From: Synechococcus sp.
GTDB taxonomy: Bacteria; Cyanobacteriota; Cyanobacteriia; PCC-6307; Cyanobiaceae
Reading direction: 5' to 3'
DNA: 64,000 bases
Assembly: GCA_047285305.1 (NCBI GenBank)
Contig: JBJBDL010000003.1
Span: 704,001 to 768,000, forward strand
Every line of letters starts with the position of its first letter. Within the stretch, counting starts at the first letter, position 1. Both the position numbers and the translations under genes were made by a program. Positions 63,640 through 64,000 of this stretch are shown here, one piece after another. The notes beneath the pieces were generated by a model that saw only the letters and a list, made by a program, of their open reading frames with translations, was not told the DNA's origin and did not search any database.

Positions 63640-64000
63640 GGCGGCGAGTCGCCGGTCGTGAATTGTGGCGATTCTGCCCTGGGATCAAAAAATTGCTCCC
63701 GCAGCCACTGTTTTAGGCCCTGCAGTCCATCCCCCCGCACCGCCGAGAGAAACAGGGCGTCGGGTTCCCGCTGATGAATTATCTCGATCTCAGTTGCTTT
63801 ACAGCGGTCGATCTGATTGGCGATCACACGTCGCAGGGCGGTGCTGCCAAGCTCATCGAGCAGCCGATGCACCGTGTCCAGGTGGCCCTGCCAGTCGGGG
63901 TCAGCAAGGTCGACCACCAGCAGGAGCACATCGGCATCCAGCGCCTCCTCCAGCGTGGCGCGGAAAGCTTCCACCAGTGGGGCGGGGAGATCGCGGATGA
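63627..64000 (-). CDS. hflX: GTPase HflX, 3' part (truncated by window edge)
   Basis: 'IRDLPAPLVEAFRATLEEALDADVLLLVVD', 'LSAVRGDGL'. Confidence 0.9.
   Translation of the reverse strand, partial: IRDLPAPLVEAFRATLEEALDADVLLLVVDLADPDWQGHLDTVHRLLDELGSTALRRVIANQIDRCKATEIEIIHQREPDALFLSAVRGDGLQGLKQWLREQFFDPRAESPQFTTGDSPPWLS

Overview
This is a mostly core-genome window of a marine picocyanobacterium. The 16S/ITS, psbU, ndhO, petL, hli, crtQ and SLH-type som porins point to marine Synechococcus; that assignment is inference. Layout: (1) 1-9.5 kb is a variable cell-surface locus. It holds three GT-C/ArnT-PMT-type membrane glycosyltransferases (the first AT-rich and foreign-looking, the second a GC mosaic), a GT2-GtrA fusion, and two tandem porins with near-identical 5' thirds and divergent barrels. 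(2) 9.5-40.9 kb is housekeeping genes (cysK, ndhO, iscA, crtQ, hemD, nagZ, rbfA, aroK, a pterin cluster, petL, rimO, VKOR, nadB, psbU, uppP, tolC). (3) 41.5-46.9 kb is a complete rrn operon with tRNA-Ile and tRNA-Ala. (4) 47-64 kb holds xseAB, hli, hrpB, htrA, ABC-F, small hypotheticals, anmK, ktrAB, an SLC13 permease and the 3' end of hflX. The most notable signal is a candidate porin-switching circuit. The 3' UTR of porin 2 has Yfr1-like sRNA architecture (UUCG hairpin, single-stranded UUCCUCACAC, terminator). Its seed is perfectly complementary over 11 nt to the translation-initiation region of porin 1, but over only 7 nt to its own leader. The two porin promoters carry an NtcA box and Pho-box-like 11-bp repeats respectively. 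I saw no CRISPR, transposase or integrase. GC values are rough hand counts of sample lines.
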